Below, piece after piece: positions 24,981 through 34,077 of a stretch of 53,626 bases of DNA (its first letter is position 1; every line of letters begins with the position of its first letter). Under the pieces are notes generated by a model. It searched no databases. It saw only the letters and a program-made list of their open reading frames with translations, and was not told the DNA's origin. Both the position numbers and the translations under genes were made by a program. The stretch comes from Patescibacteria group bacterium (GTDB taxonomy: Bacteria > Patescibacteriota > Minisyncoccia > Phycocordibacterales > JACOZG01): the NCBI GenBank assembly GCA_038058475.1, contig JBBUAW010000004.1:1-53626 (forward strand). The letters run 5' to 3'.

Positions 24981-25064
24981 GCCGAAGGGGTCTCATCCAA
25001 TTAATCTTTTAGCTTACCAAATTCTTTAATTATTACCAAATCCGTTTCGCTGATGTTATAATCT

Positions 25065-25667
25065 ATGAAAGTAGATATGCGTTCCGTCTTAATAATTCTC
25101 CTCATTTTGATCGCTGGCGTGGTAATTTTTGTTTATAATTATAATTCTAATAACAATCCTAATGATCAAATTCAAACCACTATGACCTTGGCCGGCACTT
25201 TAAGTTTAAGCAGTCCGGCCTTTGCCGCCGGCGGACTGATTCCCGTTAAATATACTTGCGATGAAGCGACATCGGCCGGTGGCGTTAATCCGCCATTGGC
25301 GATTACCGGCGTACCGGCCAAAACGCAATCATTGGTTTTAATTATGGACGACCCCGATGCGGTCAAACCGGCGGGACGGGTTTGGGATCATTGGATTGTG
25401 TTTAATCTGCCGCCGACAATCACGACAATTGCCGAAAATACCGTACCGGCCGGGATGGTCGGTCTCAATTCCGGCGGCCAAATTAATTATCAAGGACCTT
25501 GTCCGCCCGATCGCGAGCACCGTTATTTTTTCAAGCTCTATGCTTTAGACACCGCGTTGAATTTAATCGCCGGCGCCAATAAAAAAGAAGTGGAACAAGC
25601 AATGACTGGTCATATTTTAGATCAAGCAGTATTAATCGGTCGTTATGAACGTTTAAGACAAAAATAA
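25065..25667 (+). CDS. YbhB/YbcL-family Raf kinase inhibitor-like (PEBP) protein, N-terminal TM
   Basis: MDDPDA, WDHWIVFN, YQGPCPP, HRYFFKLYALD. Confidence 0.92.
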   Translation: MKVDMRSVLIILLILIAGVVIFVYNYNSNNNPNDQIQTTMTLAGTLSLSSPAFAAGGLIPVKYTCDEATSAGGVNPPLAITGVPAKTQSLVLIMDDPDAVKPAGRVWDHWIVFNLPPTITTIAENTVPAGMVGLNSGGQINYQGPCPPDREHRYFFKLYALDTALNLIAGANKKEVEQAMTGHILDQAVLIGRYERLRQK

Positions 25668-25677
25668 ACAATAAAAA

Positions 25678-26043
25678 ATGAAAATCAATTTTAAAGGCAC
25701 GAATTTAGAATTAAATGACCAATTGCGTTCCTATGTGTTGCTTAAACTGGAGGCGTTGGATAAAATTTTAGCTCTGGAGCGAATTAAGGACGAAGGTTTG
25801 GCCACAGTGGAACTTGGCCGAGTTAATCAGCATCACAAACACGGCGATGTTTTTCGAGCGGAAATTAATCTCCACTGGTCCGGCCGTTATTTCCGCGCCG
25901 AAGCGGAATCCGGTGATTTATACGCGGCGGTTGACGAGGTGAAAGACGAATTATTGCGCGAAATTAAAAGTCAACGCCAACGGCAGGGAACCATCGTTCG
26001 CCGTGGCGCGCGGCTGGTGAAAAAATGGCTGAGCGGCCGATGA
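25678..26043 (+). CDS. raiA: Ribosome hibernation factor (short HPF/RaiA)
   Basis: MKINFKGTNLEL...DLYAAVDEVKDEL. Confidence 0.88.
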   Translation: MKINFKGTNLELNDQLRSYVLLKLEALDKILALERIKDEGLATVELGRVNQHHKHGDVFRAEINLHWSGRYFRAEAESGDLYAAVDEVKDELLREIKSQRQRQGTIVRRGARLVKKWLSGR

Positions 26044-26054
26044 CTACACCTCGA

Positions 26055-26921
26055 TTATTTTAATCCGCGCTGAAAGTCCGACCAAGTCATTTCGCGCCGA
26101 CTGTCCGGTTTAACGCGAGTAATCACGAATTGCCCGTCTTTGAATTCGGCCGCGGTAATGATCATCCGTTGATTATTGATGAAGCAATAAATTCCCGGCC
26201 GGGGCGTCAGCGCCAGAAATTTACGATAATTGATTTGAGGGTCGTCGGTTAAATCAATCAACCCGTCTTCTTTTTTAATTTTTTGAGTGAAAGTGGCTTG
26301 AGCGTGATTTTGCGGCACGGGTTTAATTTTTCTTGCCAGCCAAGCGGGCAAGATTTCAATAAATAATTGCGCCCCCAGTTTAGCCAGTTGAGTCCTAATA
26401 ATGGGAAAGCTTTTAGCTTTTAGCTTATAGCTTTTAATTTTCAAGATCGGGCCATGGTCAATTTGTTCATCCACTAACATAAGACTAACGCCGGTTTCGC
26501 CAATACCAGCGAGAATGGCGCTTTGAATCGGCGTCGGGCCGCGCCACTTCGGCAGGAGTGACGGATGGATATTCAACACGCCGTGTTTGGGCAGAGTTAA
26601 AATTTCCGGCGGAATAATTTGACCGTAAGAAGCGACTAAAAATAGTTTATAGCCTTCCTCATCGGCGGATAAACTTTTAGCTTTTAATTTATAGCTTTCA
26701 GGTAATTTGGGGGGTTGTTCATAATCAATTTTATTTTCTTCAGCCCAAAGTTTGACCGGCGGGGGAGTGAGGACTTGGCCGCGGCCGCGCGGCCGGTCCG
26801 GCGTCGTGATAATCAGCGCCGGCCACAAACCAGCCGCGGCCAGCGCCGCCAAAACCGCGACGGCAAATTCATCGGTGCCGAAAAAAACAAAATTAAAATC
26901 ATTTAACCTCGGTGAGATCAT
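26055..26921 (-). CDS. fmt: Methionyl-tRNA formyltransferase
   Basis: FFGTDEFA, PDRPRGRG, VASYG, NIHPSLLPKWRGPTPI. Start uncertain (26921 or 26927). Confidence 0.93.
   Translation of the reverse strand: MISPRLNDFNFVFFGTDEFAVAVLAALAAAGLWPALIITTPDRPRGRGQVLTPPPVKLWAEENKIDYEQPPKLPESYKLKAKSLSADEEGYKLFLVASYGQIIPPEILTLPKHGVLNIHPSLLPKWRGPTPIQSAILAGIGETGVSLMLVDEQIDHGPILKIKSYKLKAKSFPIIRTQLAKLGAQLFIEILPAWLARKIKPVPQNHAQATFTQKIKKEDGLIDLTDDPQINYRKFLALTPRPGIYCFINNQRMIITAAEFKDGQFVITRVKPDSRREMTWSDFQRGLK
26408..26442. repeat. In-frame heptamer tandem repeat (WAAGCTA x5) inside fmt
   Basis: Minus strand AAAATTA AAAGCTA TAAGCTA AAAGCTA AAAGCTT; a second tract lies at about 26642-26698. Confidence 0.7.
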
Positions 26922-27372
26922 AGGCATGATCAGTGAACAAGACCCCCCGCAAATGGTCAAACTCATGCTGGACAATCTGCGCCAACAGGCCGGAAGTATG
27001 AAGGGTAAAACGTCGGCCGTTTTCGTCCAACGCCGCCACCGTTACTTTTTCCCGACGTTTAATGTGGCCGTAAATGCCGCGAACGCTCAAACAGCCTTCC
27101 ACCATTTCCGCTTGCCGGCGCGAACGTTTGACGAGGCGAGGATTGATAAACACCAACAATTTTTTTGACCCGGCGTCATTTTTGACGATAAAAATCTGTT
27201 CACTGACGCCGATCTGCGGCGCCGCCAGAGCGACGCCGTCAGCTTGTGCCGCCAGAGCGCGGCGCATCAAGTCAATAATTTTATTAACCCGCGCGCTCGG
27301 CAAAGTGTCAGCGACGGGCGCGGCCGTCCGGCGCAGAATCGGATCATTTTTCTGTTTAATTTCGGTAATCAT
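26899..27372 (-). CDS. def: Peptide deformylase
   Basis: GVALAAPQIG, EGCLS, QHEFDHLRG. Confidence 0.96.
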   Translation of the reverse strand: MITEIKQKNDPILRRTAAPVADTLPSARVNKIIDLMRRALAAQADGVALAAPQIGVSEQIFIVKNDAGSKKLLVFINPRLVKRSRRQAEMVEGCLSVRGIYGHIKRREKVTVAALDENGRRFTLHTSGLLAQIVQHEFDHLRGVLFTDHAYDLTEVK

Positions 27373-27375
27373 TTT

Positions 27376-29250
27376 TTAATTCAAAAGATTTTCCGGATCA
27401 ACATTAACAGTATATTCCGGCGGCAACGTCCGTAAAATTTTAACCAGCGACGGATCCGGCCAGCGGTCGGACGACAACCGCAGCAATAAATTTAAAGCAA
27501 ACTCGGTTGAGGAATGTCCGCCGCTTGACGGCGGAAAAACATCAAATTCATAACCGGCCAATTTTTGCTCTAAAGTCTTCAACGCCAGTAGGACTTTTTC
27601 TTTCGCGCCCGCCGCCGTAATTTTAATAAAAAGTCGAAACGGGGGATAATGATACTCGCGCCGTTCGGCCAAATCTTGTTGATAAAATTCCAATAGCGAA
27701 CCGCGGCGGGCCAATTCAAAAAGCCGAGATTTGACATTTCGCACCTGTAACAGAAAACTTTTTCCGGCCAGCGCGCGCAAGCGAATCAATAAGCGGAAAA
27801 TTTTTTCATTAATGCGGTAATCGGGCAAGGCGAACAGCGAATCAATCGCCGCCACCGCTGTATTCTCAATTTTCTCCTTCAAATGATTAATTGCTAATTC
27901 GGTACCGATTAAAACGCTGCCGGGCGTCGCCATAAATTTTTTCACCAACATCGCCGCCTGACTCTCCGTTTTAATTCGATCACTATCAAGTTCAAAAATT
28001 TTAAGCGCCGGCAGACGGACGGCCAATTCCTTGACCACCGCTTCAATACCGACACCCAAACCGATTAAACGCCAACTGTCGCAGACGGCGCATTTCTCGG
28101 CGGCGCTCCGGTGGGCGCCGCAATGATGGCATAGAAACAAACTCTCTTCATGCCAACTGACCGGCGCGTCGCAATTGGCGCAAGTAACAGCCGTGCCGCA
28201 ATCCTGGCAAACAACCAACGGCGTCAAGCCGCGGCGGTGAACGTAAATAAAAAATCTTTCATTATTGCGGTTGGCCGCCTCAATCGCCCCGATTAATTCT
28301 TCGCTCAAAAGATGAAATTGGCCGTCTACATTGGCGACCTTGACGATTTTTTGCTCGGCGCTCGTGACTGCGTGATGTTTCAACGGCATTTTTGTTTGCA
28401 TAGAACCTTGTTTCAGACGATAAAGAGTTTCGGTGCGCAAAACAAAATCACCCAAAACAAAACGCCAACCATTGGCGGCCGCCAACTTTTCGGCAAAAAT
28501 TCGATAATCCAAATACGGTCTGACCAAGCCCTTGTAAGCAGCGGAACTTTCCTCGTCTATAATCACCGTGCCGAGATCGGCGCGGGGCAGAGACAAAAAT
28601 CCGGGCGTGCCGATTATTAAAATCGGATGTTTGGTCGTCAGCGCTTGCGACCAGGCGGCGAGAAGATTTTTTCGGCCGAACGAATGATGAAAAACAAAAG
28701 TGTAATCGGTAATACCGCGTTCCAGCGATTGTTGCGCCTGTTTAATCCGAGTTAAAGTCGGCAGACCTAAAAAAACGGATGCGCCGCGGGCGAACTCTTC
28801 GCGGACTAAACTTTTATAATGAATTAATCGTTCGTCATCCGCCTCTTGCAAGAGATATTTTTCCGCGCGCAGTTTATTCGTCCGGCGGGCGGTTGGTTCG
28901 TAACCGATTGCGCTCGGCTCGCTTAAAACCGCCGCGGGGACAAGATTTTTTAAAACCAAACCGAACGGACTGGCGAAGTAATCGGCCATTTGTCGGGCGA
29001 CAGTCAGAAAAGTCGGACTGAAAAAATGATGATGCTTGATTCGCAAAACTTTTTTCAAGGAAAAATCAGCCATCCGGACCGCGGCTTTAATTTCCGCCAC
29101 CGACTGAACCGCGGTCACCAACGCCTCCACGGTCCGCCGCTTAATCGCGATGGAAACAATCGCTCCCGGCTCAACCGCCTGACTGGTAAAATAGGTCAGT
29201 TCCTCCTGAAATAAACCGCGGGCGAGGGGGATAACCGTCACGATTTTCAT
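27376..29250 (-). CDS. priA: Primosomal protein N' (PriA), helicase motif I apparently degenerate
   Basis: IIDEE, RRG followed by CQDC, CANC, CHHC, CAVC zinc region, YPPF; no GSGKT seen. Confidence 0.88.
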   Translation of the reverse strand: MKIVTVIPLARGLFQEELTYFTSQAVEPGAIVSIAIKRRTVEALVTAVQSVAEIKAAVRMADFSLKKVLRIKHHHFFSPTFLTVARQMADYFASPFGLVLKNLVPAAVLSEPSAIGYEPTARRTNKLRAEKYLLQEADDERLIHYKSLVREEFARGASVFLGLPTLTRIKQAQQSLERGITDYTFVFHHSFGRKNLLAAWSQALTTKHPILIIGTPGFLSLPRADLGTVIIDEESSAAYKGLVRPYLDYRIFAEKLAAANGWRFVLGDFVLRTETLYRLKQGSMQTKMPLKHHAVTSAEQKIVKVANVDGQFHLLSEELIGAIEAANRNNERFFIYVHRRGLTPLVVCQDCGTAVTCANCDAPVSWHEESLFLCHHCGAHRSAAEKCAVCDSWRLIGLGVGIEAVVKELAVRLPALKIFELDSDRIKTESQAAMLVKKFMATPGSVLIGTELAINHLKEKIENTAVAAIDSLFALPDYRINEKIFRLLIRLRALAGKSFLLQVRNVKSRLFELARRGSLLEFYQQDLAERREYHYPPFRLFIKITAAGAKEKVLLALKTLEQKLAGYEFDVFPPSSGGHSSTEFALNLLLRLSSDRWPDPSLVKILRTLPPEYTVNVDPENLLN

Positions 29251-29279
29251 TGACTCAAAATATCATATATAATGAAAGA

Positions 29280-30149
29280 ATGGGAGAGGAACGTTTTTTG
29301 TCAGTCGCCGCCGCGGCTCGCGCGAAAAATCTTCAATTAGAGCGATTGCTTGACGCTTGCCGCAATAATGAATTGCCAACCCGTGAATTCGGCGGTGATT
29401 GGTATGTTCCGGAATCAATTTTACCCACTCTGGAAGCTTGGCACCGCGCGCGCGAAGCGCAAATCAACTCCCAATATTTTTTAGTCAATTCGCTTAGCCG
29501 CTTACTCCTCATTGTTTCGGTAATTTTTGTCTTTCAATCTTTCTGGCGGGACGACGTTTGGCACTATCTGCGGTCGGGGACTCAATTAACCACTGAAATA
29601 ACCGGCGATACACTGATGACGGCTTTAACCGCCGCGCCTATTTCGCGGAATGCCGCGGCCGTCGTTTTTGCCGATGTGACTAAAGAATTGGTCCGGCTGT
29701 GGTTGGCGGTGCTTGACTTCGGACAAACCCTGGTCAGCAATCTTAATTACGGCTGGGGCAGGATTTCAACCAATTGGAAGCAATTTTTGAGTCGTGCGCC
29801 GCCGGTCGGATCTCCGGACCTGACGACTACCTCACCATTAGATCAGCTCGCACGCGCGGAATTAAAAGCGGAGATCAAAGCCGAATTGTTGCGCGAACTG
29901 TCGGTGACCAATCAAATCTCCGGGCCAATGAGTAAACTGCCCGACACCGGATTGATTACTTTGCCGGCTTCCGGCGATCCAGCAAAAGACACCGGTTCGC
30001 TCTTGGAATTGAAAAATGCTTTTTCCGATCAAGTGGAGGTCCGGTTTGAAGCCAGCCGGCAAACGGGAATCATTACTCCGATTTTTCGTAACGGCCGCGG
30101 CGACGATTATCTCTTCGTGATCACGCCGATTAATAAAAGCACGCCATGA
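29280..30149 (+). CDS. Hypothetical membrane protein with N-terminal HTH-like (excisionase/MerR-type) segment
   Basis: FLSVAAAARAK...DACRNNEL...GGDWYV, then a TM. ATG 29280 is 6 nt after TATAAT. Confidence 0.7.
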   Translation: MGEERFLSVAAAARAKNLQLERLLDACRNNELPTREFGGDWYVPESILPTLEAWHRAREAQINSQYFLVNSLSRLLLIVSVIFVFQSFWRDDVWHYLRSGTQLTTEITGDTLMTALTAAPISRNAAAVVFADVTKELVRLWLAVLDFGQTLVSNLNYGWGRISTNWKQFLSRAPPVGSPDLTTTSPLDQLARAELKAEIKAELLRELSVTNQISGPMSKLPDTGLITLPASGDPAKDTGSLLELKNAFSDQVEVRFEASRQTGIITPIFRNGRGDDYLFVITPINKSTP

Positions 30150-31054
30150 AGAAATATATTTTTTTCGCCGGGTTAATTTTTATTTTAATTGCCGCTAGGG
30201 TTTCGGCGGCCGCGCCAGACTTCACGCTTCAGCCGGCGAAAGTGGAAATAACCATGCGCCCCGGTGAATCAACGCAACGGGAATTGACCGTCATCAATAA
30301 CGGTCATCGTCCGACTCGCGTTAATTTAATGGTGGAAGATTTTAAACCCGGCGTCTCGCCAGCCGAGCCGGTTAATTTGATCGAACCGGAGGTCGCCAAC
30401 CCTTATTCTTTATTTCCTTACTTAACTCTGCCTGTCCGCGCGCTTGATTTAGCGCCCGGCCAGGCCACGACGGTGCCGGTAGTTATCAGCCTGCCCGTTG
30501 CTATTGGCGCGGCGGGCGGACTCTACGGCGCGGTGATTTTTTCATTCGCGCCGATCGGCGAAGAAAATCAATGGACCGCCGCGCGCTCGCGGCTCGGCGC
30601 ACTGATTTTTATTAAAACCGCCGGCGTAACAGTCAGAGAAATCGGCAAATTAGCCAGTTTCGGTCTTTTGGGCGGACAGATGATTGAAGCCAAACAAATT
30701 CCGACTTTTTACCTCAATTACACCAATCAAGGCAATGTCCATTTAAATCCTTACGGCGGAATTACTCTCACCAATCGTTTAACCGGCGCCAAAAACAATT
30801 TAGCCGTTGATCCGTGGTTTGTTTTGCCGGACAGCAGCCGAATTCGGGAAATTATCTCGTCAACCAATCTCTCGGCCGGCTGGTATCGCGCCGAGTTAAA
30901 ATTAAATCGCGGTTATGCCGACTTAATTGACGAACAATCAATCTCGTTTTTTGTCTGGTCATGGTTGGCCTTGGCGGAAATTGGTTTTGGTCTGGCCGCA
31001 GTTTTATTTTTGGTTTTTAAGCTCAGACGATATTTTAGAGGTAAAATAAAATGA
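30146..31054 (+). CDS. WxL-interacting (DUF916-like) membrane-anchored surface protein
   Basis: Signal peptide, PAKVEITMRPGES, GGLYGAVIF, NQGNVHLNPYG, C-terminal TM plus basic tail. Confidence 0.7.
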   Translation: MKKYIFFAGLIFILIAARVSAAAPDFTLQPAKVEITMRPGESTQRELTVINNGHRPTRVNLMVEDFKPGVSPAEPVNLIEPEVANPYSLFPYLTLPVRALDLAPGQATTVPVVISLPVAIGAAGGLYGAVIFSFAPIGEENQWTAARSRLGALIFIKTAGVTVREIGKLASFGLLGGQMIEAKQIPTFYLNYTNQGNVHLNPYGGITLTNRLTGAKNNLAVDPWFVLPDSSRIREIISSTNLSAGWYRAELKLNRGYADLIDEQSISFFVWSWLALAEIGFGLAAVLFLVFKLRRYFRGKIK

Positions 31055-31761
31055 TGAAAATATTATTCGCCGTGGCGCTCGCAGCCGTGGCTTCCAGCAC
31101 CAATTACAAAATTCAAGTTGATAGTTTGAATTTTGCCGGTCAATTGTCGTCTTCCGCCAACTATCAAGCCGCCGATACTTTAGGTGAAGCGGCCACCGGT
31201 GAATTGGCCGGTACGACTTATCGTCTTAAAGCCGGCTATCAAAATATGCTGATCTCGTCAATCAGTATTTCCGCACCGACGGATTTAAGTTTGACCACTA
31301 TTAGTAATTCAACCGGCGGTCAATCGTCCGGTTCGGTCGCCTGGACCGTCACGACCGATAATGCCGCCGGCTACACTTTGGCGATTAAAGCCGACACTAG
31401 TCCGGCGTTGGCGGCCACCGGAGGCAATTTTAATAATTATACGCCGGCCGGCAGCGTCCCGGATTATGCTTGGTCGATTGATAATTCAGTGGCTGAATTC
31501 GGTTTCAGTCCGGAGGGGACGGAAATCGCCTCCCGTTATCTTGATGACAGCTTGGCTTGCGGCGTCGGTAGCAGTGAAACGGCTGACCGTTGCTGGGACG
31601 CTCTCTCCACCGCCAACCGGACGATTGCTTCCCGCGCCACTAATAACACGCCGCTCGGCACGGTTACGACCGTCAAGTTTCGAGCGGAAATCGGCACCGC
31701 CGCTTCCGTTAACGCCGGTGATTATAACGCGACGGTCACCGCCACCGCCCTGGCTTCCTAA
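31051..31761 (+). CDS. Secreted Ser/Thr-rich beta protein (WxL-like)
   Basis: Signal peptide; VTTDNAAGYTLAI; C-terminal AGDYNATVTATA. Confidence 0.68.
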   Translation: MMKILFAVALAAVASSTNYKIQVDSLNFAGQLSSSANYQAADTLGEAATGELAGTTYRLKAGYQNMLISSISISAPTDLSLTTISNSTGGQSSGSVAWTVTTDNAAGYTLAIKADTSPALAATGGNFNNYTPAGSVPDYAWSIDNSVAEFGFSPEGTEIASRYLDDSLACGVGSSETADRCWDALSTANRTIASRATNNTPLGTVTTVKFRAEIGTAASVNAGDYNATVTATALAS

Positions 31762-33749
31762 TGATCAAGCCCGTTAAAATTTTATGGTTGCTCCTCTTAT
31801 TGCCGACAATTATTCTCGCGGCCACCGACGGCGTGGAGGTTAATTTATCAGTCACCGGACCGGGGCCGGGCGGCGGCGGTCCGACGATTATACCAACGAC
31901 CATTAACGGTTGCACCGACCCGCTGGCTACGAATTATAGTTCCACGGCGACAAATGACGACGGTTCTTGCCAATATGTCACACCAATCGCCAATGTCAGT
32001 AATTTTATCGCCAATTATTTACCGGTTCAAAATCGGATAGTTTTAACCTGGACCAATCCCGACTTTCCGGAGTTTTCCGCCGCGCGCGTGGTGCGGCAAG
32101 CCGGCAGTGTGCCGGCCGGCCCCTTGGACGGTCTTTTAATTTATGACGGTACCGGCCAGGCGGCGATTGACGAAACAATCGCGCCCGGCCAGACTTATTT
32201 TTACGCCGCTTTTGTCCGGGCAACGAACGGTAATTATTCTTCCGGTGTTATTGTTTCGGCCACAGTGCCGTCAACCAAACCGGAAGACAAACCGCCAGTC
32301 GTTGAACCGCCCAGTACGGAACCGTCAAGTTCGGAACCGCCCGGTGGTGGCGGTCCGGGCGGCGGCTCTCCCCTTGATCCGTTTCAATTTTTTCCCACCG
32401 TCATTGACCCCGATCCCTTGATCCAAAAACTTGATTTGGGTGATTTTATTTTTTCTCAACTCGGCGAGCGACCGCGCTTTTTTCTGACCGGGGATACGGT
32501 GCCGGTCGTGGTTGGCAAAGATTTATCGGTTTCAATCAATTATGACCGTTTGCCAGAATCTTTAAAAACCATCGGCCTGACCATTGTTGATCCGGCCGAT
32601 CGGGCGAACTCTAAATCTTTCACCCTGCGGATTAATGAAAATAAAACCGCCTATGTCGCCAATCTCGGTGTGCTCTACAAAAACGGCCTTTATCCAATTT
32701 ATATTTACATCATCAATTTTAAAAATCAGACCGTTAAACATTTGACGGGAATTTTATCAATCACCAATGGTCAGCCCCAAACGCCGTTCGCGGCTTTCAG
32801 TCAAAAGGTCGCCCAAACCGCTCAACCCATAGTCACGGTCGTCGGCTTAGGCGCCGGTCTATCGCAAGCTCTAGCTTTAACCAACCAGATTAATTCTTTT
32901 TCCGATCTTTATTTTTTGATTATTCATTTTTGGACGCTGTTGCTGCGCGTGCTGGGTCTGCGAAAACGCCGAACGCCCTGGGGCGTGGTTTATGACTCGG
33001 TTACCAAACGGCCGCTGGACCCGGCTTATGTCATTGCCAAACGAGAGGATACGGACGCGGCTACGGCCATTACCGATCTGGACGGCCGGTACGGTTTTCT
33101 CTTGCCGCCGGCCGGCTATACTTTAATGGCCAATAAAACCCACTACCGTTTTCCGTCGTTGAAACTGCAAGGCAAAAATCACGATGAATTATACGACGGT
33201 CTTTATTTTGGCGAACCGTTTACCACCGCGAGCGGCGAGGTCATCAACCGCAACATTCCGCTTGATCCGGTGGCTTTTGACTGGAACGAATTTGCCAAAC
33301 AACAACAAGGTTTTTTTGTGATTCATTCGCGTCGCGAACGCCGCCGCGCGCTGATTTACAACACCTTATTCGGTCTCGGTTTAGTCCTGGCTTTTTATCA
33401 ATTATTATTTTGGCCGAGCGTCATTAATCTAGTCTTACCGGTACTTTATGCTGGCGTATTTTTATTAAAATATATTTGGCGGACGCGGCATCCGATAACC
33501 GTAGTGCGACGAGCGGAGACCGGTCTGCCGGTGCCGTTTGCCATCATTCGGGCGTTTATTCCAAGTGTTAATCAACAGGTCAAATCAGTAGTGGCCGACG
33601 CGCTGGGGCGATTTTTCTTCTTAACGCCGCCCGGCGAGTATTATTTTACGGTGGAAGAAAAACTGCCGGACGAGAGTTATCAAAAAATTTATCAATCGGA
33701 AAATATGAAGCTAGATAAGGGTATTTTAACTGAAGACTTGACGGTGTAA
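31761..33749 (+). CDS. Large surface/membrane protein (FN3-like, Pro/Gly linker, carboxypeptidase-regulatory-like domains)
   Basis: Signal peptide; GCTDPLATNYSSTATNDDGSC; LTWTNP; PWGVVYDSVTKRPLDPA; TDLDGRYGF; several TMs. Confidence 0.78.
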   Translation: MIKPVKILWLLLLLPTIILAATDGVEVNLSVTGPGPGGGGPTIIPTTINGCTDPLATNYSSTATNDDGSCQYVTPIANVSNFIANYLPVQNRIVLTWTNPDFPEFSAARVVRQAGSVPAGPLDGLLIYDGTGQAAIDETIAPGQTYFYAAFVRATNGNYSSGVIVSATVPSTKPEDKPPVVEPPSTEPSSSEPPGGGGPGGGSPLDPFQFFPTVIDPDPLIQKLDLGDFIFSQLGERPRFFLTGDTVPVVVGKDLSVSINYDRLPESLKTIGLTIVDPADRANSKSFTLRINENKTAYVANLGVLYKNGLYPIYIYIINFKNQTVKHLTGILSITNGQPQTPFAAFSQKVAQTAQPIVTVVGLGAGLSQALALTNQINSFSDLYFLIIHFWTLLLRVLGLRKRRTPWGVVYDSVTKRPLDPAYVIAKREDTDAATAITDLDGRYGFLLPPAGYTLMANKTHYRFPSLKLQGKNHDELYDGLYFGEPFTTASGEVINRNIPLDPVAFDWNEFAKQQQGFFVIHSRRERRRALIYNTLFGLGLVLAFYQLLFWPSVINLVLPVLYAGVFLLKYIWRTRHPITVVRRAETGLPVPFAIIRAFIPSVNQQVKSVVADALGRFFFLTPPGEYYFTVEEKLPDESYQKIYQSENMKLDKGILTEDLTV

Positions 33750-33777
33750 AATAGCGAGTAGATATCCACAACGCCTA

Positions 33778-33806
33778 TTGACACGAGGAAATTGCTTTGC
33801 TAGCCT
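33778..33806 (+). promoter_or_regulatory. Sigma70 promoter with no downstream conserved CDS
   Basis: TTGACA-17-TAGCCT with TG extension. Confidence 0.6.
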
Positions 33807-33811
33807 GACCT

Positions 33812-33945
33812 AGGATGCAGAGGCGAAGGCAAGCAGGACCCGGAAACCAATCGGTAACCGACTCCATGCCATCGAATTGTTGCTTGCTCGAGCCGATCCC
33901 CGGAACACTCTACCGTCGTAACCCAGAGTGTTCCCGGGTTTTTTT
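33812..33945 (+). ncRNA. Candidate structured small RNA of unknown class
   Basis: Own promoter; nested stems GGAT/ATCC, GGC/GCC, GGCAAGCAG/TTGCTTGCT, GGA/TCC, TCGG/CCGA; ends in a terminator. Confidence 0.5.
33898..33945 (+). terminator. Intrinsic terminator
   Basis: CCCGGAACACTCT...AGAGTGTTCCCGGG followed by a T-run. Confidence 0.8.
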
Positions 33946-34001
33946 ATTTAGAAATGCTGGGAGGAAACGCCTCCCAAATACTGATGTTGTATAATAATTA
34001 T

Positions 34002-34044
34002 AAAAAAATCCCCCGCTGGTAATCTTACGACCATTGGCGGGGGA
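34002..34044 (-). terminator. Intrinsic terminator of the 34078-34767 gene
   Basis: TCCCCCGC-TGGT...ACCA-GCGGGGGA preceded by an A-run. Confidence 0.65.
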
Positions 34045-34077
34045 ATGATTAGTTACATCAATACTCTTGTTTTTATC

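Noticed and set aside
26899-26975. Frameshift at the fmt start (the ATGA overlap with def is out of frame)
   Set aside because: In-frame ATGs at 26921 and 26927 give an intact Fmt N-terminus, so no frameshift is needed.
33830-33865. SRP RNA or c-di-GMP riboswitch identity for the orphan RNA
   Set aside because: CAGGACCCGGAA resembles SRP helix 8 but the AGCAG partner strand is missing after the loop. Riboswitch cores are incomplete and no gene lies downstream.
33815-33952. 45-codon ORF MQRRRQAG... over the candidate RNA
   Set aside because: It reads through the terminator stem and U-tract, so RNA structure explains the sequence better; a leaderless peptide is not fully excluded.
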